55,256 nucleotides of DNA from a virus (Duplodnaviria; Caudoviricetes), in the IMG/VR virus record IMGVR_UViG_3300037100_000032, positions 1-55,256 of that record. The stretch is one strand, 5' to 3'. The notes beneath the pieces were generated by a model. The model was not told the origin of the DNA and did no database searches. It saw only the letters and a list, made by a program, of their open reading frames with translations. A program made the translations under genes and the position numbers. This document shows, one piece after another, positions 18,309 through 25,863 of the stretch (position 1 is the first letter of the stretch; each line of letters starts with the position of its first letter).

Positions 18309-18782
18309 TCAGACTAATCCGCGTTCCGCCATTGATAGACTGTCATTCCCCGCAATAATTACGTGATCCAATACGCGAACATCAATCAATGCGAGCGCAT
18401 CTTTTATGCGTCGCGTGATGATTTCATCGGCGTTTGACGGCTGCGCTACTCCGCTCGGATGATTATGGAAGAGAATCACACAAGCCGCATTCTCTGTCAG
18501 TACAGACTTTACTACCTGGCGCGGATGAACCGATGCGCCGTCGATGGTCCCGTTGAACAGAACAGCGACGCGAATCACGCGATGCCTATTGTCCAAGTAG
18601 ATAACCCCGAATTGCTCATACTCGAGGCCGGCTTGCGCGCGGAGAAAGTCTACGCTTGCGCGCGGAGAACGCAGAACCGTCCCAACCACGGATTTAAACG
18701 CATAAGCGCTGGCAGACTCGCATACTTCACTTTGCGTTGCACGCCGATACCGGCGGCCGTTTTTAACCATTAGCTGTGTCAT
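18309..18782 (-). CDS. radC: RadC/JAB-domain protein
   Basis: E.FGVIYLDN, GTIDGASVHPR, HNHPSG..PS.AD, VLDHVII. Confidence 0.93.
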   Translation of the reverse strand: MTQLMVKNGRRYRRATQSEVCESASAYAFKSVVGTVLRSPRASVDFLRAQAGLEYEQFGVIYLDNRHRVIRVAVLFNGTIDGASVHPRQVVKSVLTENAACVILFHNHPSGVAQPSNADEIITRRIKDALALIDVRVLDHVIIAGNDSLSMAERGLV

Positions 18783-18790
18783 CGTCCTTA

Positions 18791-18850
18791 CCTCCATCCG
18801 TAGTTAACCGATCCACAATGCGCACCTCCATAGATGCGCATTAGGGACAG
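18791..18850 (-). repeat. Hairpin+RBS leader unit E
   Basis: Homologous to unit D. Confidence 0.85.
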
Positions 18851-19075
18851 TCAAACGGCAGCGCTGACAGTCTCCGATACGGGCACTAAGCCCACAGTTG
18901 GATCCCACCGATAGTTAACGGGATCTTCCGACGGCACCGCGCGATAGTCGGCGCACAATGTCCACCGCCAAAAAAGGTTGCGAGCATTGGCAATTGCCTC
19001 TTCCTCAGTGGCGAACACCAGTGCATTTTGTCCCCATTGACCGTTGACTAGAACCTCAGGTTTCCAATTCGACAT
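18851..19075 (-). CDS. Hypothetical early protein
   Basis: WKPEV..W..NAL.FAT.EEA...DPVNYRW; AGGAG SD. Confidence 0.75.
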   Translation of the reverse strand: MSNWKPEVLVNGQWGQNALVFATEEEAIANARNLFWRWTLCADYRAVPSEDPVNYRWDPTVGLVPVSETVSAAV

Positions 19076-19145
19076 TTTCTCTACTCCTATGTTTATCTAC
19101 CTAGTAAATGTGCATGATTAGAATAACTGATAATTGCTGGCAAGG

Positions 19146-19361
19146 CTAGTGCCCGTTGGCTTTTGCGAGCGCTGCATCAACTGCGCGCATTGCTGCGGAC
19201 CATTCCGCCACGTTCAAACGGTCAACGGTCTGCAGCGCTCGGAGCGCGGCGGCCATGTCGTAGCGCATCGTTACCGACTCGATCACGTATGCCAGTGCGT
19301 CAACGTTCTCCGCTCGCAATTCAACTGTGCCGTGTGGCGTATCTTTAGTTACCGAGTACAT
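19146..19361 (-). CDS. Hypothetical early protein
   Basis: Leader ACACATAGGAGCACAGACA-ATG. Confidence 0.65.
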   Translation of the reverse strand: MYSVTKDTPHGTVELRAENVDALAYVIESVTMRYDMAAALRALQTVDRLNVAEWSAAMRAVDAALAKANGH

Positions 19362-19665
19362 TGTCTGTGCTCCTATGTGTGCGTGCGAGTGCGGCGCGAA
19401 CGATCTTATTAATAGCCATAAGCCGAACCGTAGTGCTAGATGCGAGCGCGCTCGTGTCCGTGATGCACTCTCGGAGCGCTTCCGCCAATATCGGCGCCGC
19501 ATTCAGTGCATCCGCCAATTCATGCGCACGCCATTCTGACTGTAGCTGCGCAACGATCGTATAAGATGCGCCGCCGTCAATTGTCGCTCCGAGTAAAGGT
19601 TGTAATGGTTCGCTGGCATATGCTGGCAATACATGCCAGTCGGGCCGCTGTGCTGTGTCTGTCAT
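19345..19665 (-). CDS. Hypothetical early protein
   Basis: Leader ACACACAGGAGCACAGACA-ATG. Confidence 0.7.
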   Translation of the reverse strand: MTDTAQRPDWHVLPAYASEPLQPLLGATIDGGASYTIVAQLQSEWRAHELADALNAAPILAEALRECITDTSALASSTTVRLMAINKIVRAALARTHRSTDNVLGN

Positions 19666-19695
19666 TGTCTGTGCTCCTGTGTGTGCGTTAGTGCC

Positions 19696-19734
19696 GATCA
19701 GCTAGCAGCCCGATGTGCGAGCTGCTAGGGGATG
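19696..19734 (-). repeat. Hairpin unit F
   Basis: TAGCAGC-N11-GCTGCTA. Confidence 0.7.
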
Positions 19735-19738
19735 GGCG

Positions 19739-19924
19739 CTATCGTGGAAGCGTATGCGCGTATAGGAAACGCGGGCACAGTATTGACCGCGTATGCCTGA
19801 ATGCAAACCATAGCGCGTCTGCCGTTCGGTAATGGCGCTTTATGTCAAGAGCTGTAGTCGCGCATCGCTGTATGTTGCTCAGCGTAATCCATAGTGCAAT
19901 GTAGCGGGTGAGTATGTGTGCCAT
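19739..19924 (-). CDS. Hypothetical early protein
   Basis: Leader ACACATAGGAGCACAC. Confidence 0.6.
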   Translation of the reverse strand: MAHILTRYIALWITLSNIQRCATTALDIKRHYRTADALWFAFRHTRSILCPRFLYAHTLPR

Positions 19925-19945
19925 GTCAGTGTGCTCCTATGTGTG

Positions 19946-20164
19946 TTACCAATCGCCAAACGTGCAAATCGGCAGACACCCGCTCTTTTTGCAATCGTGC
20001 GAGCGTATCTCGTCAATCGTGTAGCTGAATCGAGTAGCCTTATGCCACTGTACCGGCGCCGCTCCCGCGATCAATTCGTCGCACCTGGGGCAACCTGGTG
20101 TCTTGCGGCCGTAAACGGGACCGCCGCAAGTGTGCTTTGTGGTCGTTGATTTTTTCCATGCCAT
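19946..20164 (-). CDS. Small Cys/His zinc-binding protein
   Basis: KHTC...GCPRCDEL...HDC..SGC.P.CTFGDW. Confidence 0.75.
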   Translation of the reverse strand: MAWKKSTTTKHTCGGPVYGRKTPGCPRCDELIAGAAPVQWHKATRFSYTIDEIRSHDCKKSGCLPICTFGDW

Positions 20165-20169
20165 GTTAG

Positions 20170-20355
20170 TTATTCCTCCGACTCCATGCGCGTCGTGTCA
20201 AATCCATCAAGCCAATCCATTGCTAAACGAGAATCGGCGTACGGGCATTCATCTCTCAACTCTCCGGTAATGAATGCATCGCAGCCCGCGTCATATGCAT
20301 CCTCGCGTGCGACATTCATTTCCGAGAATCCGGGTTCGTAAAATCGTTCGTTCAT
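20170..20355 (-). CDS. Rmf/CrpP-fold-like protein
   Basis: AYDAG.DA...G....ECPY......DWLDGF. Confidence 0.65.
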   Translation of the reverse strand: MNERFYEPGFSEMNVAREDAYDAGCDAFITGELRDECPYADSRLAMDWLDGFDTTRMESEE

Positions 20356-20390
20356 TACTTTGTGCTCCTATGTGTCGCTGTCAGTCTCTA

Positions 20391-20430
20391 CCAGATAGCC
20401 CACCGTTGACCGATGGGCTAGCGCTAGGGG
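20391..20430 (-). repeat. Hairpin unit G
   Basis: TAGCCCA-N11-TGGGCTA. Confidence 0.7.
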
Positions 20431-20433
20431 CTG

Positions 20434-20706
20434 TTACAGGGCGGCCGCTGCGACTTCCAGTGCGGCCCGCAGCGCTTCCGCCTCTTCATACTCTTCCTTG
20501 CTGTAGCTCGCGGTTCTATTGGCATCATATGCGCGTAAAACTGAAGCATGGTTCGGCGTGAAATCGGGACGATGCAGCAACACGTAGTCAAGGTGGCGAT
20601 CAATGTCCACCATGGCAACATTGCCAGACTTCAGACGCGCATAGGCGATTCGCTGACCATGTTTTGAATAAAGCCGCCGTGTGTTAAATGCTTGGATCGT
20701 GGTCAT
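20434..20706 (-). CDS. First gene of early array, hypothetical
   Basis: FNT.R.YS.HGQRI; GGAG SD. Confidence 0.7.
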   Translation of the reverse strand: MTTIQAFNTRRLYSKHGQRIAYARLKSGNVAMVDIDRHLDYVLLHRPDFTPNHASVLRAYDANRTASYSKEEYEEAEALRAALEVAAAAL

Positions 20707-20756
20707 GCTGGCTGTCTCCGTGTCCGTGGTAATCAATAAATCTAATCGACAGGGCT

Positions 20757-20784
20757 ATCTTATGGAGCGCAGCCGGTATGTCAA
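20757..20784 (-). promoter_or_regulatory. Sigma70 promoter for early array
   Basis: TTGACA-N16-TAAGAT on minus strand. Confidence 0.7.
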
Positions 20785-20841
20785 GGGGCATTACGGAAAC
20801 TTAATGGTATGTATTTTTTGTGGTGCTTTGCGGTCGTTTGG

Positions 20842-21099
20842 TTTGTCACGGGTGTCACGGGTCTGTCACGGGTCTGTCTCGGGTTTGTCTCGGGTTAAGT
20901 CTTTGATGTCACTAATCTTTTTACTTTTTAGAAGAATTCAAAGGCAAGAGCACAATACTATGCTGATGTGCTTTGGTGGGAGACAGTGAGGCTCATGTGT
21001 CTCTCAAAAGTTTGAAACGGTCAAAAAGCCAAAAGTTAGTGACATCAAGCAGTTAACCCGTGACAAACCCGTGACAAATCACGTGACCTGCGTGACAAC
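20842..21099. repeat. Inverted iteron arrays, probable replication origin
   Basis: 5x TGTCWCGGG left, 4x CGTGAC right, ~35-bp imperfect inverted inner arms. Confidence 0.7.
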
Positions 21100-21181
21100 C
21101 GTAAAACTTCGGCGCGTCGCTCAAGGTCGCAATCTGGCAAGTCTAGCGCGACCAGGTGCGCAGTCTGCCGAATAACGCTTG

Positions 21182-21194
21182 CAAGTTATTGATT
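21182..21194 (-). promoter_or_regulatory. IHF binding site
   Basis: AATCAATAACTTG fits WATCAANNNNTTR. Confidence 0.6.
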
Positions 21195-21214
21195 CTATTG
21201 ATTGTGCATCGCAA

Positions 21215-21242
21215 ACTGCGTATAATACCGATTATGTTAAAT
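21215..21242 (+). other. dif-like XerC/XerD site
   Basis: ACTGCGTATAA-TACCGA-TTATGTTAAAT; XerD arm identical to E. coli dif. Confidence 0.88.
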
Positions 21243-21431
21243 GGACCAGGAAGGCTAATGATTAGATATCTAGCGAGCTGGCAGCGATTCGAGCGGCCTA
21301 ATAGGCCCGGCGAGCCCCGGCACCCCCCTGCTGCCAGGATCGCGGGTCCCGATGTACCGGTACTGCGCCCCGCCCTGTCATATGCCCCCTATTAGGCCGG
21401 CGGCTCTTCAGCCGGGTTCAGGTATCTTTTT

Positions 21432-21470
21432 GGGTCCCCTCTGGGCTAGGGGGTCCCCTCTGGGCTAGGG
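21432..21470 (+). repeat. Tandem 19-bp repeat near putative packaging region
   Basis: GGGTCCCCTCTGGGCTAGG x2. Confidence 0.8.
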
Positions 21471-21682
21471 TGGCCGGCCTGGTCCGCGCCGGGTCAAAAA
21501 TCGTAGGATTAGTAATAAGAAGAATAGTAATAGTAATAATAGGAATATAATTATTCTTTGGTCTCTACCGGCGGTGAGTGGGTTCAACCCTCTACCACGA
21601 GTGGGTTCAATGGTCTGAACCTATTATTTGGGTGCGATCTGTGCTACTCATTCTGATCCCCTATCCAGACCGGTGGCGTCCC

Positions 21683-21904
21683 ATGGCGAACTTCCGTCCC
21701 TACGTCACCAAAGACGGCCGCTCTCGAGTCCTGGCCGTGGTGCGCATTAAAGGCGCTCCAGCGCAGCGTATGGCGTTTGGATCAATGGCGGATGCCAAGC
21801 GGTGGGCTGCCGGCTTGGAGAAGCTCCTACGGCAGCAGCGTGACCGTGCCAAGCTCGCTTGCGTGCTGGCGAGGATGCGCGACGCGATGCACGACGAGCC
21901 GTAG
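21683..21904 (+). CDS. Stand-alone integrase N-terminal (arm-binding-like) domain protein
   Basis: MANFR...AVVRIKG.P.Q..AF....DAKRWA..LE. Confidence 0.55.
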   Translation: MANFRPYVTKDGRSRVLAVVRIKGAPAQRMAFGSMADAKRWAAGLEKLLRQQRDRAKLACVLARMRDAMHDEP

Positions 21905-21933
21905 GTGCAACTGCAGCAAAGGGGTGGTATGGT
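21905..21933 (+). promoter_or_regulatory. Candidate sigma70 promoter of sRNA
   Basis: GTGCAA-N17-TATGGT with TG extension. Confidence 0.45.
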
Positions 21934-21939
21934 TAGCCG

Positions 21940-22022
21940 TGACCCGGCACCTCCCCTGTCAGGGTCTCCCTCCTAGCCCCCGACCCGGCCGGTACAGCCC
22001 AGCCAGGACAGGGGGCTTTTTT
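21940..22022 (+). ncRNA. Candidate ~80-nt sRNA with anti-SD motifs
   Basis: Hairpin with CCUCCCC loop, UCCCUCCUAG linker, terminator AGCCCC..GGGGCU-UUUU. Confidence 0.5.
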
Positions 22023-22764
22023 ACCGGTGGCGTCCCCGCACCACGGCGAGCGCGCCCAGCAGCAGCGTGGCTGCGCCTGAGAGGCCGCTGGTGTCCAGTT
22101 CGGGGACGTGGGTGGGGGCTGCCACCGGGGTCCAGATGGTGTACTCGCCCGCATAGCCGCCGTTGGTGCCACCGATAAAGCTTATTTGATTACGCAAGTT
22201 AGGGGCATACAGGGCAATAGCACCATAGCCGGGAAACGGCTCCGCAACGTCACCGGGAGTAGTTGGCGCCAACCCCGCTAGACCCGACGCCGCTCCCGGT
22301 GAAAATGCCGTGATTGCTTGATATCCATTATCAGCACAGCAGTAATTCACCGGCGGCGGTATTTCGTCGTAGAACGCAACCAGCGCATCGGCCGCATCAA
22401 TCCCGGTCAACGGCTGGCCCGGCGCTGCTGCGGTCGTTGACAGTACGAACGGCGAGGTTGCCGGTGCCGTCTGCGACCACGTCACGTCCCAATAGCCACC
22501 GCCAAGCTTGATGTCATCAATCGGCGTAGGACCGAACGCCGCCTGGTACGGATCGCAGTAGCCCCCGTTCGGGCATACGAAATACGCCTGCGACTGGCTG
22601 TTCTGGCCACCGCCGCCCTGCATCGCCTCTGCGCCCGCACTCGCCAGCAGCCCAGCAAGCGCCATGCCCGCGCACATGTCGCGCAACGTCGCTGAACGTC
22701 GCGTAGCACCGCTGAGCGTCGCCACCTGTCGCACCGATCGACCGATCTGTCCCATCTTGTCCAT
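22021..22764 (-). CDS. Exported protein with VPEID/PEP-CTERM-like sorting signal (moron)
   Basis: Signal peptide ...LLASAGAEA; C-terminus VPELDTSGLSGAATLLLGALAVVRGRHR. Confidence 0.85.
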   Translation of the reverse strand: MDKMGQIGRSVRQVATLSGATRRSATLRDMCAGMALAGLLASAGAEAMQGGGGQNSQSQAYFVCPNGGYCDPYQAAFGPTPIDDIKLGGGYWDVTWSQTAPATSPFVLSTTAAAPGQPLTGIDAADALVAFYDEIPPPVNYCCADNGYQAITAFSPGAASGLAGLAPTTPGDVAEPFPGYGAIALYAPNLRNQISFIGGTNGGYAGEYTIWTPVAAPTHVPELDTSGLSGAATLLLGALAVVRGRHR

Positions 22765-22825
22765 CCTAGTCTCCGTTGTTGATCAATTAGAGAAATTCAT
22801 AATTGACCACACTTAAGTGCGCTGC

Positions 22826-22866
22826 TGTAGGACGCTGCTGCTGGTCAGTGTAGGAATTGTCTGACA
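22826..22866. promoter_or_regulatory. GacA/UvrY-like box plus secondary half-site
   Basis: TGTAGG-AATTGT-CTGACA at 22849-22866; TGTAGG 23 bp left. Confidence 0.6.
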
Positions 22867-22928
22867 TACTCCGCGTGACGCGATGCAGCACGATTGGCGT
22901 GCGGCTAGGCGGATCAAGGAGTTAGCTT

Positions 22929-23321
22929 ATGACACCGGTGGCTTCCGACAACGCGACACATCCTGTCGTGATGACCCGCCGCCGGCTGATGCAGCTCTTG
23001 GGCGGCGCAGCCCTCGTGCTGCCAGCGGCTATCGCGAGCACGCGCACGATATTCCTGCCGCCGACGCGCGGGTGGTTGGCGCCATTGGCGCGCATGGAGG
23101 TGCCGCCTTCGGATATCGGGCCTTGGGACCTAGAGATCGCGGCTGGCAACTTCACCTACGACCGCGCCACGCACATGCTTGATCTGTGGTACGGCTTGGA
23201 TGACTCGCAGCGCCGTGCCATTCATCACGACTGCCGGGCGATCCAAATCCTACCGCCGCCGAGCTGTCATCCCGACAAGGACGGCAGGTGGTGCCCTCCG
23301 TTGTGGCACGCCCCGGCATGA
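22929..23321 (+). CDS. Protein with Tat-like signal
   Basis: MTRRRLMQLLGGAALVLPAAIAS; coupled to terS. Confidence 0.6.
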   Translation: MTPVASDNATHPVVMTRRRLMQLLGGAALVLPAAIASTRTIFLPPTRGWLAPLARMEVPPSDIGPWDLEIAAGNFTYDRATHMLDLWYGLDDSQRRAIHHDCRAIQILPPPSCHPDKDGRWCPPLWHAPA

Positions 23322-23944
23322 CCGACGCCCCGCCCAGCCCGCCCAGCCCGCCCAGCCCGCCCGGTCGCCCCCGTCGCGGCGCGGCCTCCACGCCCGAGTC
23401 GCGCAAACGCACCGCCGACCGCAAACGCAAGCGCGCTGAGCTTGCCATCAACCACGCCCTGCTGCGGGGCGATGCGCGCCTGAAGACCATCATCAAGGGC
23501 CTGCCCTTGGGTCAGGACCACGTGCCGACGCCTGAGTCGCGCGAGATGGTGTTCCAGCTTCACGGGCTAGGGGTACCCGAGGTGGAGATCGCCATCATGA
23601 TCCACATCCCTGCGGGCACGCTACGGGAGTTGTATTGGCAGGAGCTAGACCGCGCCGGCCCCGCGTTCAACTACATGGCGGCCAAGACCATCCACGACAT
23701 CGCCACCGACCGCGATCACCCGAAGGCATTTGAGGCGGCGAAGTTCTGGTGCGAGACGCGCGCCGGCTGGCAGCGCACCTCCGTGCTCGCGGTCAAGGAT
23801 ACTCGAGCATCGGCCGCGCCCGTCATTGACAGCAGCCGCCTCAGCCCCGAGAAGCGCGACCAGCTCCGCGCGCTGATGCTGGAGATGGCCGGTGAGGATG
23901 CGGCGCTGGATGCGCCAACGGGGCTCGCCGCTGCCGATGGCTGA
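23318..23944 (+). CDS. terS: Terminase small subunit
   Basis: HVPT.E.R..V..L...G....EIA..I.I...TLR..Y..EL, FW..TRAGW; precedes terL. Confidence 0.8.
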   Translation: MTDAPPSPPSPPSPPGRPRRGAASTPESRKRTADRKRKRAELAINHALLRGDARLKTIIKGLPLGQDHVPTPESREMVFQLHGLGVPEVEIAIMIHIPAGTLRELYWQELDRAGPAFNYMAAKTIHDIATDRDHPKAFEAAKFWCETRAGWQRTSVLAVKDTRASAAPVIDSSRLSPEKRDQLRALMLEMAGEDAALDAPTGLAAADG

Positions 23945-25595
23945 CATCCCGAAGCGCGTAGACCCACGCGCGCAGCTACTGGACCTTGATCGCGTTGACT
24001 GCGAGGAGTCCATGTACGAGTTCCTGCGCCATGGCTGGCGCTACATGGACCCTAGCCCGTTCGCGGAAGGCTGGCACCTGCAGGCCATCTGCGAGCACTT
24101 GGAGGCCGTGGTCTACGGTGACATCAAGCGGTTGGTGATCAACGTGCCGCCGCGCTCCGGCAAATCCCTGATCACGTCGGTGGCGTTCCCGGCATGGACT
24201 TGGGCGCAGCAGCATCGCTCGCACACCTGCGGTCCTGGCGTGCCGTTCCTGTACGCATCGTACGGCGATGACCTCTCGCGTCGTGACTCAGTTCGGTGCC
24301 GGCGGCTCATTGAGTCCGAGTGGTATCAGAAGCTTTGGGGCAATCGGTTTGAGTTGGCATCGGATCAGAACACCAAGGGCCGCTTTACTAACGACCAAGG
24401 TGGCGAGCGACTAATAACCAGTATCGGTGGCCGCGTCACTGGTGAAGGTGGAAATATAATCGTCATTGACGATCCCAATGCGGCTAATGAGATGGAATCA
24501 GAAGCCACTCTTGAGACGACGCTTGACTGGTGGCGTATCTCAATGCCCACGCGCCCTAACGATCAAGAATTATCTGCCATCGTAATTATTCAGCAGCGCT
24601 TGGCGCAGAACGATCTCACGGGACACATCCAAGAGTTTGAAGCCGATGGCTGGGACTTTCTTGTGCTGCCGGGTCGGTATGAGAAGTGGCGCGCATCGCA
24701 CACGACATCCATCGGCTGGTCTGATCCGCGCACTGAGGAAGGCGAGTTGCTGTGGCCCGCAAAGGTGGGCGAGGCTGCGCTGACAAGGCTTGAGACCCGC
24801 ATGGGCAAGTTCGTGTTTGCGGGACAGATACAGCAGCGCCCGTCACCGAAGGGCGGCGGCATCATTGAACGCGACTGGTGGGTGCTGTGGGACAAAGAAG
24901 ACTACCCGCCGTTTGACTACATCTGTGCGATGGTGGACACAGCATATACGGCAGAGACGTATAACGACGCGAGCGCGATGATCGTGTGGGGCGTGTTCAC
25001 GCCGCCGTCCGTGCAGCGCGTGACGCGCATCGTGGGGTTGTCTGATGGAGTCGGTGGTCGCCAAAGCCGGCCCACATGGGAATCGGTTGCAACCAACCGC
25101 GCCTACAGCGGCGTCACGCCTCGAGCGATGCTGATGTACGCGTGGCGCGAGCGGCTTGAGTTTCACAACTTGGTGGAAAAGGTGGCTGCGACCGCGCGCC
25201 AGTTCAAGTGCGAGCTGGTGATGATTGAGAACAAAGCGGCGGGTATCAGTATTGCGCAGGAGATACGGCGGCTGTACTTCAACGAGCGCTTTGGGCTACA
25301 GATGTTTGATCCGAAGTCGCAGGACAAGACAGCGCGCTTGTACTCGGTGCAATCACTGTTCCAAGAGTCGCTCGTGTTCGCGCCCGACCGCCCGTGGGCT
25401 GAGATGGTCATTGAGGAAGTGGCGCTCTTTAACCCGTCGCGCAAGAACAACAAGGACGACTTGACCGACTGCGTGTCAATGGGCATGCGCCACCTGCGAG
25501 ATAGCGGGATGCTGGCGAGGACCGAGGAGATTGAGGTGGAGTCCGAGGCGCTCAAGCGCTATCAGGGGCGGCAGATGCCCCTGTACCCCGTCTAA
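23937..25595 (+). CDS. terL: Terminase large subunit
   Basis: INVPPRSGKS, IVIDDP, QQRP.P.GG, VDTA, IENKAAG, DDLTD. Confidence 0.96.
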   Translation: MADIPKRVDPRAQLLDLDRVDCEESMYEFLRHGWRYMDPSPFAEGWHLQAICEHLEAVVYGDIKRLVINVPPRSGKSLITSVAFPAWTWAQQHRSHTCGPGVPFLYASYGDDLSRRDSVRCRRLIESEWYQKLWGNRFELASDQNTKGRFTNDQGGERLITSIGGRVTGEGGNIIVIDDPNAANEMESEATLETTLDWWRISMPTRPNDQELSAIVIIQQRLAQNDLTGHIQEFEADGWDFLVLPGRYEKWRASHTTSIGWSDPRTEEGELLWPAKVGEAALTRLETRMGKFVFAGQIQQRPSPKGGGIIERDWWVLWDKEDYPPFDYICAMVDTAYTAETYNDASAMIVWGVFTPPSVQRVTRIVGLSDGVGGRQSRPTWESVATNRAYSGVTPRAMLMYAWRERLEFHNLVEKVAATARQFKCELVMIENKAAGISIAQEIRRLYFNERFGLQMFDPKSQDKTARLYSVQSLFQESLVFAPDRPWAEMVIEEVALFNPSRKNNKDDLTDCVSMGMRHLRDSGMLARTEEIEVESEALKRYQGRQMPLYPV

Positions 25596-25629
25596 TGGTG
25601 CAGCGCAACACAAACTGGGTTAGACTGCC

Positions 25630-25863
25630 GTGATGAACGGCTCACCTCCGGTAATCCGCCCTGACATTCCCGCCAATTGCGTGTGCAAGCTCATTTCCGT
25701 GTTCACGCGCCCCTACACCTGGGAAGTCCACGTCTGGGGCACCAAGCCGCCGTTCCAGCGCGAGAAGCGCCGGTACGAGGTGTTGGCGATCCACGAGCAA
25801 GCGGCGGCGCAGTTGGGAATGGAACGATTCAGTTATGAGATTGCTTTGAGGGGAATGCATTGA
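25630..25863 (+). CDS. Hypothetical protein
   Basis: ORF between terL and portal. Confidence 0.6.
   Translation: MMNGSPPVIRPDIPANCVCKLISVFTRPYTWEVHVWGTKPPFQREKRRYEVLAIHEQAAAQLGMERFSYEIALRGMH

Noticed and set aside
15606-20430. CRISPR array or classical integron attC array
   Set aside because: Units are separated by whole genes, are divergent, lack clear RYYYAAC/GTTRRRY boxes; no cas genes or IntI
20681-21395. ORFs 20681-20989 and 21156-21395
   Set aside because: They run over promoter, iterons and dif; no SD; implausible proteins
21443-21470. KOPS motifs near dif
   Set aside because: GGGCTAGGG does not fit GGGNAGGG
23328-23362. CCGCCCAGC tandem repeat as regulatory element
   Set aside because: In-frame 9-bp repeat encoding PPS linker in terS N-terminus
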